This document shows, in pieces, positions 15,743-24,021 of a DNA stretch of 58,247 nucleotides (position 1 is the stretch's first letter; each line of letters starts with the position of its first letter). The notes below the pieces were generated by a model, which was not told the origin of the DNA, did not search any database, and saw only the letters and a list, made by a program, of their open reading frames with translations. The stretch is from assembly GCA_034659355.1 (NCBI GenBank), contig JAYEHC010000102.1:1-58247 (forward strand), in the 5' to 3' direction. The position numbers and the translations under genes are program-made. The stretch comes from Patescibacteria group bacterium. GTDB lineage: Bacteria > Patescibacteriota > Minisyncoccia > JAHIHE01 > JAGLIN01.

Positions 15743-17425
15743 TTGGAGGAAAGAGAAAATGTTATTATTAATAAATTTAAACTTATGTTAGAAAATAAAA
15801 TTATAATTAAAAGCAAGCCAGTTGAAGGAGTGTTAATCGTTTTGAGCAAGGCAGCAAAAAAATTTGGGACGCAAAAAGTTTTTTCCGGTGTGGATCTGGT
15901 TGTCAATAAAAAAGACCACATTGCAATTATCGGTCCGAATGGAACTGGAAAAAGCACTTTGCTAAAAATAATTCTTGGGTTTCTTGAAAATGACGATGGA
16001 GAAGTAGAGAGAAACAAAGCTTTGCGTATTGGATACTTGCCTCAAGAAACGCATTGGAATTCTCTTGATTATGCGTTATTGGAAGAAATGAAATCGGCTG
16101 ACAAATCAATTTACGATTTAATTGTTAGAAAAAGAGGACTTGAAGATTTAATGGCTAACGCGGATGGCGCGAATTTGGAAGAAAAAGTAAATGAATACGG
16201 AGAAGTGGTTTCTGATTACGAGGCAAACAACGGTTATGAATATGAAGAGCTGGCGGAAGAAATTTTGCGAAATTTCAATTTTCCGGAAAACGAATGGGGG
16301 AGAAAGGTAAAATCTCTGAGCGGTGGAGAAAAAACAAGATTGGCTCTCGCAAAAATTGCTCTGCAAGAATCGAATTTGCTTGTTCTTGACGAACCGACAA
16401 ATCATTTGGACTTGGAAACAATCAGCTGGCTGGAAAATTTTTTAACCGGTTGGGAAGGAGCGATTATCGCTGTCTCTCATGATAAGAGATTTCTTGATTT
16501 GGTTTGCGATAAAACTTTTGAACTTCAAAGCGATGGTTTGGAAAAATATTATTGCAACTATTCTGGCTATTTAGAAGAAAGGGAAGCGCGCGAGCAAAAA
16601 AAGAAAGAAGAATATAAAAGGCAAGAAAAATATCTTGGGAAACAAAATGAATTTATTGAGCGATTTCGATATAAAGCGACAAAAGCCAGCGCGGTGCAAA
16701 GCAGAATTAAAATGTTGGATAAAATTGAGAAAGTTCAGGAACCGAAAGAAAATAGGAAAAGAGTTAAAATAAAATTTAACATTTCAAAAAGATTGCCACA
16801 GAAAGTTTTGGAGTTGAAAGATTTATTTATTGGCGGAAAAGATTTTCCGCTAGCGGTTTTTGCTGGTGATTGGATTGTGGAAAAAAACAGCAAGATAGGA
16901 ATTATTGGTCCGAATGGAGCTGGCAAGTCAACTTTTTTGAAAACTCTTGTTGGTAAAAATGAGGCGATTGAGGGAAGTGTAAAATTTTCTTCCGAAGTAA
17001 AAATTGGTTATTACGCGCAAGCGCACGAAGAGCTTGATCCGCGAAAAAATATCTTGGAAGAAGTGGCGTCAAAAGTTAGAAAAGGACAAGAAGAAATAAG
17101 AACTGTTTTAGGAGCCTTGCTCTTTTCCGGAGAAGACGTTTTTAAAAACATTTCTGATTTAAGCGGAGGAGAGCGGGCAAGAGTGGCAATCGCGGAATTA
17201 ATTCTTAGCGACTCCAATCTGCTTTTGCTAGATGAGCCGACCAATCATCTTGACCTTGAAAGCAAAAACGCAATGTCAGAAGTTCTGAAAAGTTTCAACG
17301 GTCCAATTTTGATAGTTTCTCATGACAGATCCGTTTTGTCTGAAATTTGCAATGTCATCTGGGAAATAAAAAACAACGAAGCAAAAGAATATCTGGGAAA
17401 CTATGATGATTATGAGAGAAAATAA
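15743..17425 (+). CDS. ABC-F family ATPase (two ABC domains, no TM region)
   Basis: Two Walker A motifs (GPNGTGKST, GPNGAGKST), two signature motifs (LSGGEKTR, LSGGERAR) and a charged linker. The track start is TTG 15743, and ATG 15785 is an alternative. Confidence 0.88.
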   Translation: MEERENVIINKFKLMLENKIIIKSKPVEGVLIVLSKAAKKFGTQKVFSGVDLVVNKKDHIAIIGPNGTGKSTLLKIILGFLENDDGEVERNKALRIGYLPQETHWNSLDYALLEEMKSADKSIYDLIVRKRGLEDLMANADGANLEEKVNEYGEVVSDYEANNGYEYEELAEEILRNFNFPENEWGRKVKSLSGGEKTRLALAKIALQESNLLVLDEPTNHLDLETISWLENFLTGWEGAIIAVSHDKRFLDLVCDKTFELQSDGLEKYYCNYSGYLEEREAREQKKKEEYKRQEKYLGKQNEFIERFRYKATKASAVQSRIKMLDKIEKVQEPKENRKRVKIKFNISKRLPQKVLELKDLFIGGKDFPLAVFAGDWIVEKNSKIGIIGPNGAGKSTFLKTLVGKNEAIEGSVKFSSEVKIGYYAQAHEELDPRKNILEEVASKVRKGQEEIRTVLGALLFSGEDVFKNISDLSGGERARVAIAELILSDSNLLLLDEPTNHLDLESKNAMSEVLKSFNGPILIVSHDRSVLSEICNVIWEIKNNEAKEYLGNYDDYERK

Positions 17426-17443
17426 TTACAATATCGTATAAAG

Positions 17444-18706
17444 TTAATTTTCTCTTCTAATATCTACTCCTAATTTTCTTAATCGTTCCTCAATTTTTTC
17501 ATAGCCTCGATCAACTTGATCAACTTTTTCAATGACACTTTGTCCTTCGGCGAGCAAAGCGGCGATAATTAAAGTTGCGCCAGCGCGGAGATCAAAACTA
17601 GTGATGGTTTGACCGTAGAGCGGAGTTGGTCCTGTAATAAGCGCGCGATGCGGATCGCAAATAATTGCGTTAGCTCCCATCTTGTTGAGTTCATTAATAT
17701 AGGCAAATCGTCCTTCATACATTGTGTCATGAACAAGCGTTGTACCTTCCGCTTGTGTAGCAAGAACGGCGAGAGGCGCTTGCAAATCTGTTGGAATTCC
17801 AGGGTAGGTTCTGGTTTCTATTTTGTTGACCGAATTAAATTTGTTTACTGGTTTAATTATCAATTTACTTTTTTTTGTTTCAAGATTCACTCCAATCTCT
17901 CTTAGCTTTTCCAAAACCAAATCAAGTTCATGCAAGTTGACATTGTTAATTTCTATGCTTCCTTTTGTAGCGGCAGCAGCGATGGCGAATGTTCCAACTT
18001 CAATCGGATCTGGAATTATTTTGTGGCGCGCGCCACGCATTTTTTCCATGCCTTCTATTTGAATTGTATGCATTCCAAGTCCTTTAATTCTGGCACCCAT
18101 TTTAACTAAAAATCTTGCCAGGTCTTGAATATGCGGTTCAATCGCGGCAATTTTTATTATTGTTGTTCCTTTTGCGAGTGTTGCCGCCATCATTAAATTT
18201 TCCGTGGCCGTGACAGAAAATTCTTTTAGAACGATAGTTTTTCCGACAAGCTCATCCGCTTCAAAATAATAAAAATTTTCATCTTGCGTGATTTTAGCGC
18301 CCAACGCTTCTAGCGCGTCAAAGTGAATTCCAATCGGACGCGCGCCGATAATGCATCCACCAGGGTGTTTAATTCTAAACTTTTTAAATCTGGCCAATAA
18401 ACTTCCAATCAGCAAAATTGAAGATCTCATTTTTCCAACCAGAGCAAAATCCATTTTTTCCGGATCAACGCCATCTCCCGCTTTAATTCGTAATTGCCGT
18501 TCTCCGACCCATTCTATTTCCACGCCCATACTTTCTAAAATATCTATCATTTTCAGCACATCAGTAATTAAAGGAATGTTGTCTATAAGACATTCTTCCT
18601 TTGTTAAAAGACAAGCGGAGAGAATTGGCGTGGTGGCATTTTTTGAACCCATCACGGCTATTTTTCCTTCCAGCGGAATTCCGCCATTAATAATAAATTT
18701 CTGCAT
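17444..18706 (-). CDS. murA: UDP-N-acetylglucosamine 1-carboxyvinyltransferase
   Basis: 420 aa with GSKNATTPILSACLL and the active-site Cys loop HPGGCIIGARPI. EPSP-synthase-type fold length. Confidence 0.92.
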   Translation of the reverse strand: MQKFIINGGIPLEGKIAVMGSKNATTPILSACLLTKEECLIDNIPLITDVLKMIDILESMGVEIEWVGERQLRIKAGDGVDPEKMDFALVGKMRSSILLIGSLLARFKKFRIKHPGGCIIGARPIGIHFDALEALGAKITQDENFYYFEADELVGKTIVLKEFSVTATENLMMAATLAKGTTIIKIAAIEPHIQDLARFLVKMGARIKGLGMHTIQIEGMEKMRGARHKIIPDPIEVGTFAIAAAATKGSIEINNVNLHELDLVLEKLREIGVNLETKKSKLIIKPVNKFNSVNKIETRTYPGIPTDLQAPLAVLATQAEGTTLVHDTMYEGRFAYINELNKMGANAIICDPHRALITGPTPLYGQTITSFDLRAGATLIIAALLAEGQSVIEKVDQVDRGYEKIEERLRKLGVDIRREN

Positions 18707-18858
18707 ATTTTTTATTTATGATTGATTAATTGTGATTTAATGGTATAATATATTTGGGTTGATAGCAAGAAAATATTTTTAGTTAGAATGACTTGTCTCA
18801 ATTTGTAATTTAGAGAAATCATAACAATTTTTTTATTTAATTTTTAATATTTTAATCT

Positions 18859-20061
18859 ATGCCATCTATCTGTTTTTATTTTCAAGTTCATCAGCCATAT
18901 AGAATAAAAAAATATTCTGTTTTTGATATTGGTCACGATCATAATTATTTTGAAGATGATAACTTAAATGAAAAAGGGAATAAGGCGGTTATGAAAAAAA
19001 TAGCGGAGAAATGCTACTTGCCAACAAACCAAGTTTTGTTTGATTTAATTCATCGTCACCCAGAATTTAAGATCAGTTATTCTTTTTCGGGAGTTGCTTT
19101 AGAACAAATGAAAAAATACGCGCCAGAGGTTCTTGAGTCGTTTCAGCGACTTGTTAAAACTGGTAATGTTGAAATTTTGGACGAGACTTATTATCACTCA
19201 CTTTCGTTTTTTTATTCGGACGAGGAATTTATAGAGCAAGTAAAATTGCACAGGAAAAAAATAAAAGAACTTTTTGACTATGAGCCGAGAATTTTTAGAA
19301 ATACTGAACTGGCTTATAATAATGAACTTGCCGCTCTTGTGGAAAAAATGGGTTACGATGGAATTTTAGCGGAGGGCTGGGAGCATTATCTTGGTTATCG
19401 CTCTCCTAATTTTCTTTACAATCCAAAAGGCGCTAATAAAATAAAGTTGCTTCTTAAAAATTATAAACTTTCAGACGACATTGCTTTTCGGTTTTCAAAT
19501 AAAGGCTGGGAAGAATATCCGCTAGATACCCCAAAATTTTGTCAGTGGGTGAATTCTGTAAATGGCAACGGACACACGATCAATCTTTTTATGGATTATG
19601 AAACATTTGGCGAACACCAGTGGAAAGATACGGGGATTTTTGATTTTCTTAGATTCTTACCGGAGGAATTGCTAAAACATCCGGACAATAATTTCAAAAC
19701 ACCTTCGGAACTTGTTGATTTATATAACTCGGTCGGCGAACTTGATATTCATGGCGTTTTAACTTGGGCTGATATGGAAAGGGATTTGAGTGCGTGGATT
19801 GGAAATTCTATGCAGAAATCAGCGCTCAAAAAGATTTACGAATTAGAGGAAGATGTCACAAATTCAAATGACAGTCAAATTATAGACGATTGGCGCAAAA
19901 TGCAAACAAGCGATCATTTTTATTATATGTGCACCAAATGGTTTTCGGATGGGGATGTGCATAAATATTTCAGTCCCTATGAATCTCCTTATGAAGCGTT
20001 TATAAGTTTTATGAATGTTTTGAATGATTTTAGATTCAGATTAAAAAAATCAAAGGTATAA
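18859..20061 (+). CDS. glycoside hydrolase family 57 (alpha-amylase/glucanotransferase-like)
   Basis: N-terminal CFYFQVHQPYR, TELAYN, and the DYETFGEHQW catalytic region typical of GH57. Confidence 0.8.
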   Translation: MPSICFYFQVHQPYRIKKYSVFDIGHDHNYFEDDNLNEKGNKAVMKKIAEKCYLPTNQVLFDLIHRHPEFKISYSFSGVALEQMKKYAPEVLESFQRLVKTGNVEILDETYYHSLSFFYSDEEFIEQVKLHRKKIKELFDYEPRIFRNTELAYNNELAALVEKMGYDGILAEGWEHYLGYRSPNFLYNPKGANKIKLLLKNYKLSDDIAFRFSNKGWEEYPLDTPKFCQWVNSVNGNGHTINLFMDYETFGEHQWKDTGIFDFLRFLPEELLKHPDNNFKTPSELVDLYNSVGELDIHGVLTWADMERDLSAWIGNSMQKSALKKIYELEEDVTNSNDSQIIDDWRKMQTSDHFYYMCTKWFSDGDVHKYFSPYESPYEAFISFMNVLNDFRFRLKKSKV

Positions 20062-20179
20062 AGTATAAAGATTGGGACTTTTTCATTATACTCGGAACTG
20101 CGAAATTTTCCAGAATCCACTATTATGGTTTAATTTTATAGAAAAGTAAACGGTGAATAGTAAAACAAAATGTAATAAT

Positions 20180-20232
20180 GGATCCCAGATTTTTTTCTTC
20201 CACTGTCGTTACAGAAAAAAATCTGGGATGAC
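20180..20232 (-). repeat. solitary GTCAT-stem-loop-ATCC hairpin unit
   Basis: GGATCCCAGATTTTTTT...AAAAAAATCTGGGATGAC has the same architecture as the termini of the GTCATT elements. Confidence 0.6.
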
Positions 20233-20248
20233 AAATAAAATTTAAAAT

Positions 20249-21214
20249 ATGATTGAAAAACTAGTTCTTATAGTCGCTATTTTGTTGAGTCAATTAAATA
20301 TCATCTCTGAAGATCAAAGCAAGATTGTTTTTTGGAATCAGTTTGCGGGAGAAAAAATGGTAAATCAGCGATCTGATTTACAAAAAGGAAATTGGTTTTA
20401 CAGCGACAATACTAATGTCTATAGGCGCGTGTTGCAACCGACACCGCGCAAAATTAAAGGCGTTTCTGATTTTAATGTTAAGGCAAAGTCGGCTATAGTT
20501 TTAGACGCTAAAACTGGCGCTGTTTTGTATTCTAAAAATTCAGACGAAGATCTTCCGATAGCAAGTTTGACGAAAATAATGACTGCGTTGGTTATTTTGG
20601 ATAATGTTGATTTAAACGCAGAAGTAATAATAAGCAGAAACGCTTTTAACACCGGGGGAAGCAAGAATGGTTTGGCGGTTGGAGAAAAAATAAGCGTGGA
20701 GAATTTACTTAGAGTAATGCTTGTTAATTCAAACAACATTGCCGCCGTTGCTTTGGCGGAACACACAAGCGGAAGCGCTGATAATTTTTCCGTATTGATG
20801 AATGAAAAAGCCAATTTAATCGGACTAGAAAATACGGAATTTTTTAATCCTTCGGGACTTGACGGCAAAGAAAATAATAATATCTCAACTGCCTATGAAA
20901 TGGCGCGACTTGTTGATTACGCTTTGGAAAAGCCGTTAATTTGGGAAATTTTGAGAATTCAAAAAATCACAGTTGCTTCTATTAATGGAAAAATAGAACA
21001 CCGTTTGAAAAACACAAATTTGCTTCTCGGGAAATTAAAAAATATAGTCGGTGGAAAAACAGGATTAACAAATGATGCGGGGCAATGTTTGATTCTGATT
21101 ATCGGCGATCCTAAAAATAATCATAGAATAATCAGCGTTGTTCTCAACGCTGAAGACAGATTTTCGGAAACAGAGAAGTTGGTAAAATGGATTTTTAAAA
21201 GTTATCTGTGGTAA
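20249..21214 (+). CDS. D-alanyl-D-alanine carboxypeptidase (serine-type, PBP5/6-like)
   Basis: SxxK (ASLTKIMT), SxN (VNSNNIA) and KTG (GGKTGLT) boxes, plus an N-terminal hydrophobic signal. Confidence 0.85.
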   Translation: MIEKLVLIVAILLSQLNIISEDQSKIVFWNQFAGEKMVNQRSDLQKGNWFYSDNTNVYRRVLQPTPRKIKGVSDFNVKAKSAIVLDAKTGAVLYSKNSDEDLPIASLTKIMTALVILDNVDLNAEVIISRNAFNTGGSKNGLAVGEKISVENLLRVMLVNSNNIAAVALAEHTSGSADNFSVLMNEKANLIGLENTEFFNPSGLDGKENNNISTAYEMARLVDYALEKPLIWEILRIQKITVASINGKIEHRLKNTNLLLGKLKNIVGGKTGLTNDAGQCLILIIGDPKNNHRIISVVLNAEDRFSETEKLVKWIFKSYLW

Positions 21215-21263
21215 TTTTTTTATTTGACAAGTTTTCGTTTTTAAGTAGCTTTCAGAAAAGCAT

Positions 21264-21289
21264 AGAGGATTCGGTCCTCTTTCTTTTTT
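21264..21289 (+). terminator. intrinsic terminator after the carboxypeptidase gene
   Basis: AGAGGA-TTCGG-TCCTCT hairpin followed by TTCTTTTTT. Confidence 0.55.
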
Positions 21290-21293
21290 AATC

Positions 21294-21325
21294 AAAAAAC
21301 ACCTTTACGCTTAAGGTGTTTTTTT
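21294..21325. terminator. bidirectional intrinsic terminator (serves rplT on the minus strand)
   Basis: AAAAAA-CACCTTTACGCTTAAGGTG-TTTTTTT: a GC-containing stem flanked by an A-run and a T-run, about 50 nt past the rplT stop. Confidence 0.7.
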
Positions 21326-21376
21326 ATTAGAACAGCTAAAGCTATTTTAACCCTCGGTTTAAGCCGGGTAGAATTT

Positions 21377-21733
21377 TTATTTAACTGCTATTTTCACTTT
21401 CTCAACAATTTTTGCGAAAACTTTTGGATTGTTTATCGCTAAGTCAGACAAAATTTTTCGGTCGATTTCAATTTTGGCGAGTTTGAGCGCGTTAATAAAT
21501 TTGCTGTAACTTAATCCGTGTTCTCTAACTCCCGCGTTCAGTCGTATTTGCCATAAACGACGCATTACCCTTTTTTTAGTTCTTCGATCGCGATATGCTT
21601 GAGTTCCTGCTTTCATTAACGCTTCTTTAGCAGCTTTATATTTCTTGCTTCTCGCGCCTAAAAATCCGCTTGCTTTTTTAATAACTTTCTTTCTTCTCTT
21701 ATTGGCCATTACGCCTCTTTTAATTCTGGTCAT
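21377..21733 (-). CDS. rplT: 50S ribosomal protein L20
   Basis: [27 protein letters not shown] matches the L20 consensus. Confidence 0.95.
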   Translation of the reverse strand: MTRIKRGVMANKRRKKVIKKASGFLGARSKKYKAAKEALMKAGTQAYRDRRTKKRVMRRLWQIRLNAGVREHGLSYSKFINALKLAKIEIDRKILSDLAINNPKVFAKIVEKVKIAVK

Positions 21734-21794
21734 ATTGTTATAGTAATTAGTAGTAATTTATAGTAATTCTCTTGAATTACAAAATGCTGTTTTT

Positions 21795-21869
21795 GGAGTT
21801 CAGACTTTAGTCTGTAAAAATGCAGAAAAAGAAAATCATCATTTTCTTACAGGTTAAAACTTGAACTCC
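21795..21869. repeat. 75-bp palindromic element in the rpmI-rplT spacer
   Basis: GGAGTTCAGACTTTAGTCTGTAA...TTACAGGTTAAAACTTGAACTCC, with termini GGAGTTCA/TGAACTCC inverted. It is flanked by TAGTAATT-type short repeats. Confidence 0.6.
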
Positions 21870-21961
21870 GGTGAATTCTCTAATCATATTTTTGAGTTTC
21901 GTAATTCAAAGTAATTAGTAGAATGATTAATTGCAATCAATTACAATTAGTTATCATAAAG

Positions 21962-22153
21962 TTATTTTACCAATTGTCTCTTAATCGCTTTTTTAACTCC
22001 TGTTGTTATTTCTTTATCTTGTCTTTTTTGCCTGGTTTTATTGCCTGATTCGCGCGAATTAAAATGATCCTGATTAGCGGTTCTGGCAATAATCTTTCCC
22101 TTTTTAGTTACCTTAAATCTTTTCGCAATCGCTTTTTTAGTTTTAATTTTCAT
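21962..22153 (-). CDS. rpmI: 50S ribosomal protein L35
   Basis: MKIKTKKAIAKRFKVTKKGKI matches the L35 consensus. Confidence 0.93.
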   Translation of the reverse strand: MKIKTKKAIAKRFKVTKKGKIIARTANQDHFNSRESGNKTRQKRQDKEITTGVKKAIKRQLVK

Positions 22154-22217
22154 TATACTTATAAATTATTTTTTAATCTGCACACCCCGCCTCTCTTAAA
22201 AGGGGATTTTTTAACAA

Positions 22218-22769
22218 TCAACTCTTTTTATACTCTATAACAATACTCAATCCCTGCGACTTTTTTTTCTGACTTTTTTCTTTTATTATCTCTCGTTCTT
22301 CTGTTGCCGGATCCGCTTTTGACAAATCAGAAATTATTTGTAAAAAGTCATTAAACTTTTCATTGGCAAAATCTTTGTTTGCTTTTTCTCTTCCTTTTAA
22401 AATCATATCTATCTTAACTCTGTTTCCCTTTTTCATAAACTTCAACGCATTTCTCGCTTTAAATTCAAGATCGTGCTTTTCTGTTCTAACGCTTAAACGA
22501 ATTCCTTTTACTTCCACTTTTTTTTGTTTCGCGCCATGTTGTCTTTTTTGTTTGGTGAGTTTATATAGATACTTGCCATAGTCCATAATTTTACAGACAG
22601 GAGGAGCGGCATTTGGCGAAACTTCAACCAAATCAAGTTCTTTCTCATGCGCCAAGTTTAAAGCGCTTTCAAGCTTCATAATTTCAAGCTTTCCGTTTTC
22701 TTCGTTTATAACCGCTATTTCAAGCGACTGAATTTGTCTGTTAATTCTAAATTGTTTTGCTTTTGCGAT
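22218..22769 (-). CDS. infC: translation initiation factor IF-3, probable non-AUG start
   Basis: The track ORF (22218..22679) starts inside the conserved N-domain. The frame is open upstream as (I)AKAKQFRINRQIQSLEIAVINEENGKLEI-MKLESAL.., back to a TAA. The candidate starts are ATC 22769 and ATT 22745. Confidence 0.85.
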   Translation of the reverse strand: MAKAKQFRINRQIQSLEIAVINEENGKLEIMKLESALNLAHEKELDLVEVSPNAAPPVCKIMDYGKYLYKLTKQKRQHGAKQKKVEVKGIRLSVRTEKHDLEFKARNALKFMKKGNRVKIDMILKGREKANKDFANEKFNDFLQIISDLSKADPATEEREIIKEKSQKKKSQGLSIVIEYKKS

Positions 22770-22830
22770 ATGTTTAAATTAACTGATTATTTTTTACCAA
22801 TTTGTAAAATAACTTTACTAAACTACAAAC

Positions 22831-22859
22831 AGTATAATACTATCTGCGTAGTTAGTCAA
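22831..22859 (-). promoter_or_regulatory. sigma70-like promoter for the infC-rpmI-rplT operon
   Basis: On the minus strand: TTGACT (22859-22854), a 17-nt spacer, then TATACT (22836-22831). Confidence 0.5.
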
Positions 22860-22885
22860 TACTATGTGCAAGTCCACGAACAGAA

Positions 22886-22914
22886 TTGACAAAAGTCTAT
22901 TTTTTTGCTATTAT
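22886..22914 (+). promoter_or_regulatory. sigma70-like promoter for the small secreted peptide gene
   Basis: TTGACA (22886-22891), a 17-nt spacer, then TATTAT (22909-22914), about 45 nt upstream of the ATG. Confidence 0.55.
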
Positions 22915-22959
22915 TTAAAAAGCTAGAAGGAAAATTAATATAGAATTGAGGTGATAATT

Positions 22960-23124
22960 ATGAAAAAAATATTTTCTATTTTCTCTGTTATGTTAGTATC
23001 TGTGTTTATATTTAGTATGATGACCTCTTCCGTTTTAGCAGGAGATCATTGGAATGAACACCATGACGGAGAAGAGGGTGCAGGAGAAACAAACCAGAAT
23101 GAAGTTCGTGAACATTGGGAATAA
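22960..23124 (+). CDS. small secreted His/Trp/Glu-rich peptide (54 aa, not in ORF track)
   Basis: GAGGTG lies 6 nt before the ATG. Sequence MKKIFSIFSVMLVSVFIFSMMTSSVLA|GDHWNEHHDGEEGAGETNQNEVREHWE shows a signal peptide with an A-x-A-like site. It has its own promoter and terminator. Confidence 0.6.
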   Translation: MKKIFSIFSVMLVSVFIFSMMTSSVLAGDHWNEHHDGEEGAGETNQNEVREHWE

Positions 23125-23171
23125 TGTAATATGTTTTCGCGCGAAACAAATGGTTATAATTTTGTTTTAGG

Positions 23172-23205
23172 AACTAGGTTTTCAATTGAAAATCTAGTTT
23201 TTTTA
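23172..23205 (+). terminator. intrinsic terminator after the small peptide gene
   Basis: AACTAGGTTTTC-AATT-GAAAATCTAGTT hairpin running into TTTTTTT. Confidence 0.7.
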
Positions 23206-23295
23206 TATTCGTACTACAACAAATCTGCTAGAACTAATATTTCTAAAAACGCCTTTAAATTTATTTAAACTGGAAAATTAGTGCAAGCTATAAAT

Positions 23296-23833
23296 ATGTC
23301 TGGAAATAAAACAACGCAAAATAAAAAAATATTATAGTTTCAGGATCAATGGTCTATGATCAGATTATGAATTTTCTAAGGTTTTTTAAGGAACATATTT
23401 TACCGGAAAAGATTTATATTCTTAATGTCAGTTTCGTTATTGATGAATTGAAAGAAAGTTTTGGCGGAACTGCCGGCAACATCGCTTATAATTTATCTCT
23501 ACTAAAAGAATCTTCCGTTGTTCTGGGAATAGTCGGCAATGATTTTGCCAAATATAAAAAACGATTTAAAAAATTAAAAAAAGAATTTCCAGAATTAAAT
23601 AAAATTGTTAAAAATAACACTATTCCAACTGGCTGGCTAATTGAACAAATTAAGGGATTAAAGGGCAAAAAATTGGTGGAGTGATGATTTCAGAAAAGCA
23701 TCGCAATTTTATTGTGAATACGGAAAATGCTAAGGCGGAAGATGTTGTAATTTTAATAAGCTTGATCAAGCAAAAAGTCAGAAGCCATTTTGGCATTCAG
23801 TTAAAAGAAGAGATTGAGTATGTGGGATTCTAA
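23296..23833 (+). pseudogene. chimeric gene remnant: PfkB-family kinase N-terminus joined to MurB C-terminus, with two A-run frameshifts
   Basis: IIVSGSMVYDQIMNF..ILPEKIYILNVSF..ESFGGTAGNIAYNLSLL..GNDF is a PfkB/adenosine-kinase-like N-terminus. IPTGWLIEQIKGLKGKK then (frame +1) GGVMISEKHRNFIVNTENAKAEDVVILISLIKQKVRSHFGIQLKEEIEYVGF* is a UDP-N-acetylenolpyruvoylglucosamine reductase C-terminus. Frame breaks fall in A7 (23322-23328) and A6 (23665-23670). Confidence 0.6.
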
Positions 23834-23838
23834 CTTCT

Positions 23839-24013
23839 GTCATTTCTGTGTAAATGGGAATCCAGATGTAATTTCATAAATAACTTCGTTCGCTTCAGTC
23901 TTCTGACTGGAGTGTCTTGCGGTAAAAATAAATTTGCGAAATCACAAAAGGCTCCAGTCGGGAGACTGGAGCCAACAGATATTTTACTTGGATTCCTGTC
24001 TCCGCGGGAATGA
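23839..24013. repeat. 175-bp GTCATT..AATGAG MITE-like element carrying an internal GGCTCCAGTC..GACTGGAGCC hairpin
   Basis: Termini GTCATTTCTGTGTAAATGGGAATCCA and TGGATTCCTGTCTCCGCGGGAATGAG are inverted. The internal hairpin at 23951-23974 recurs at 57987-58010. Confidence 0.7.
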
Positions 24014-24021
24014 GCTTAAAA

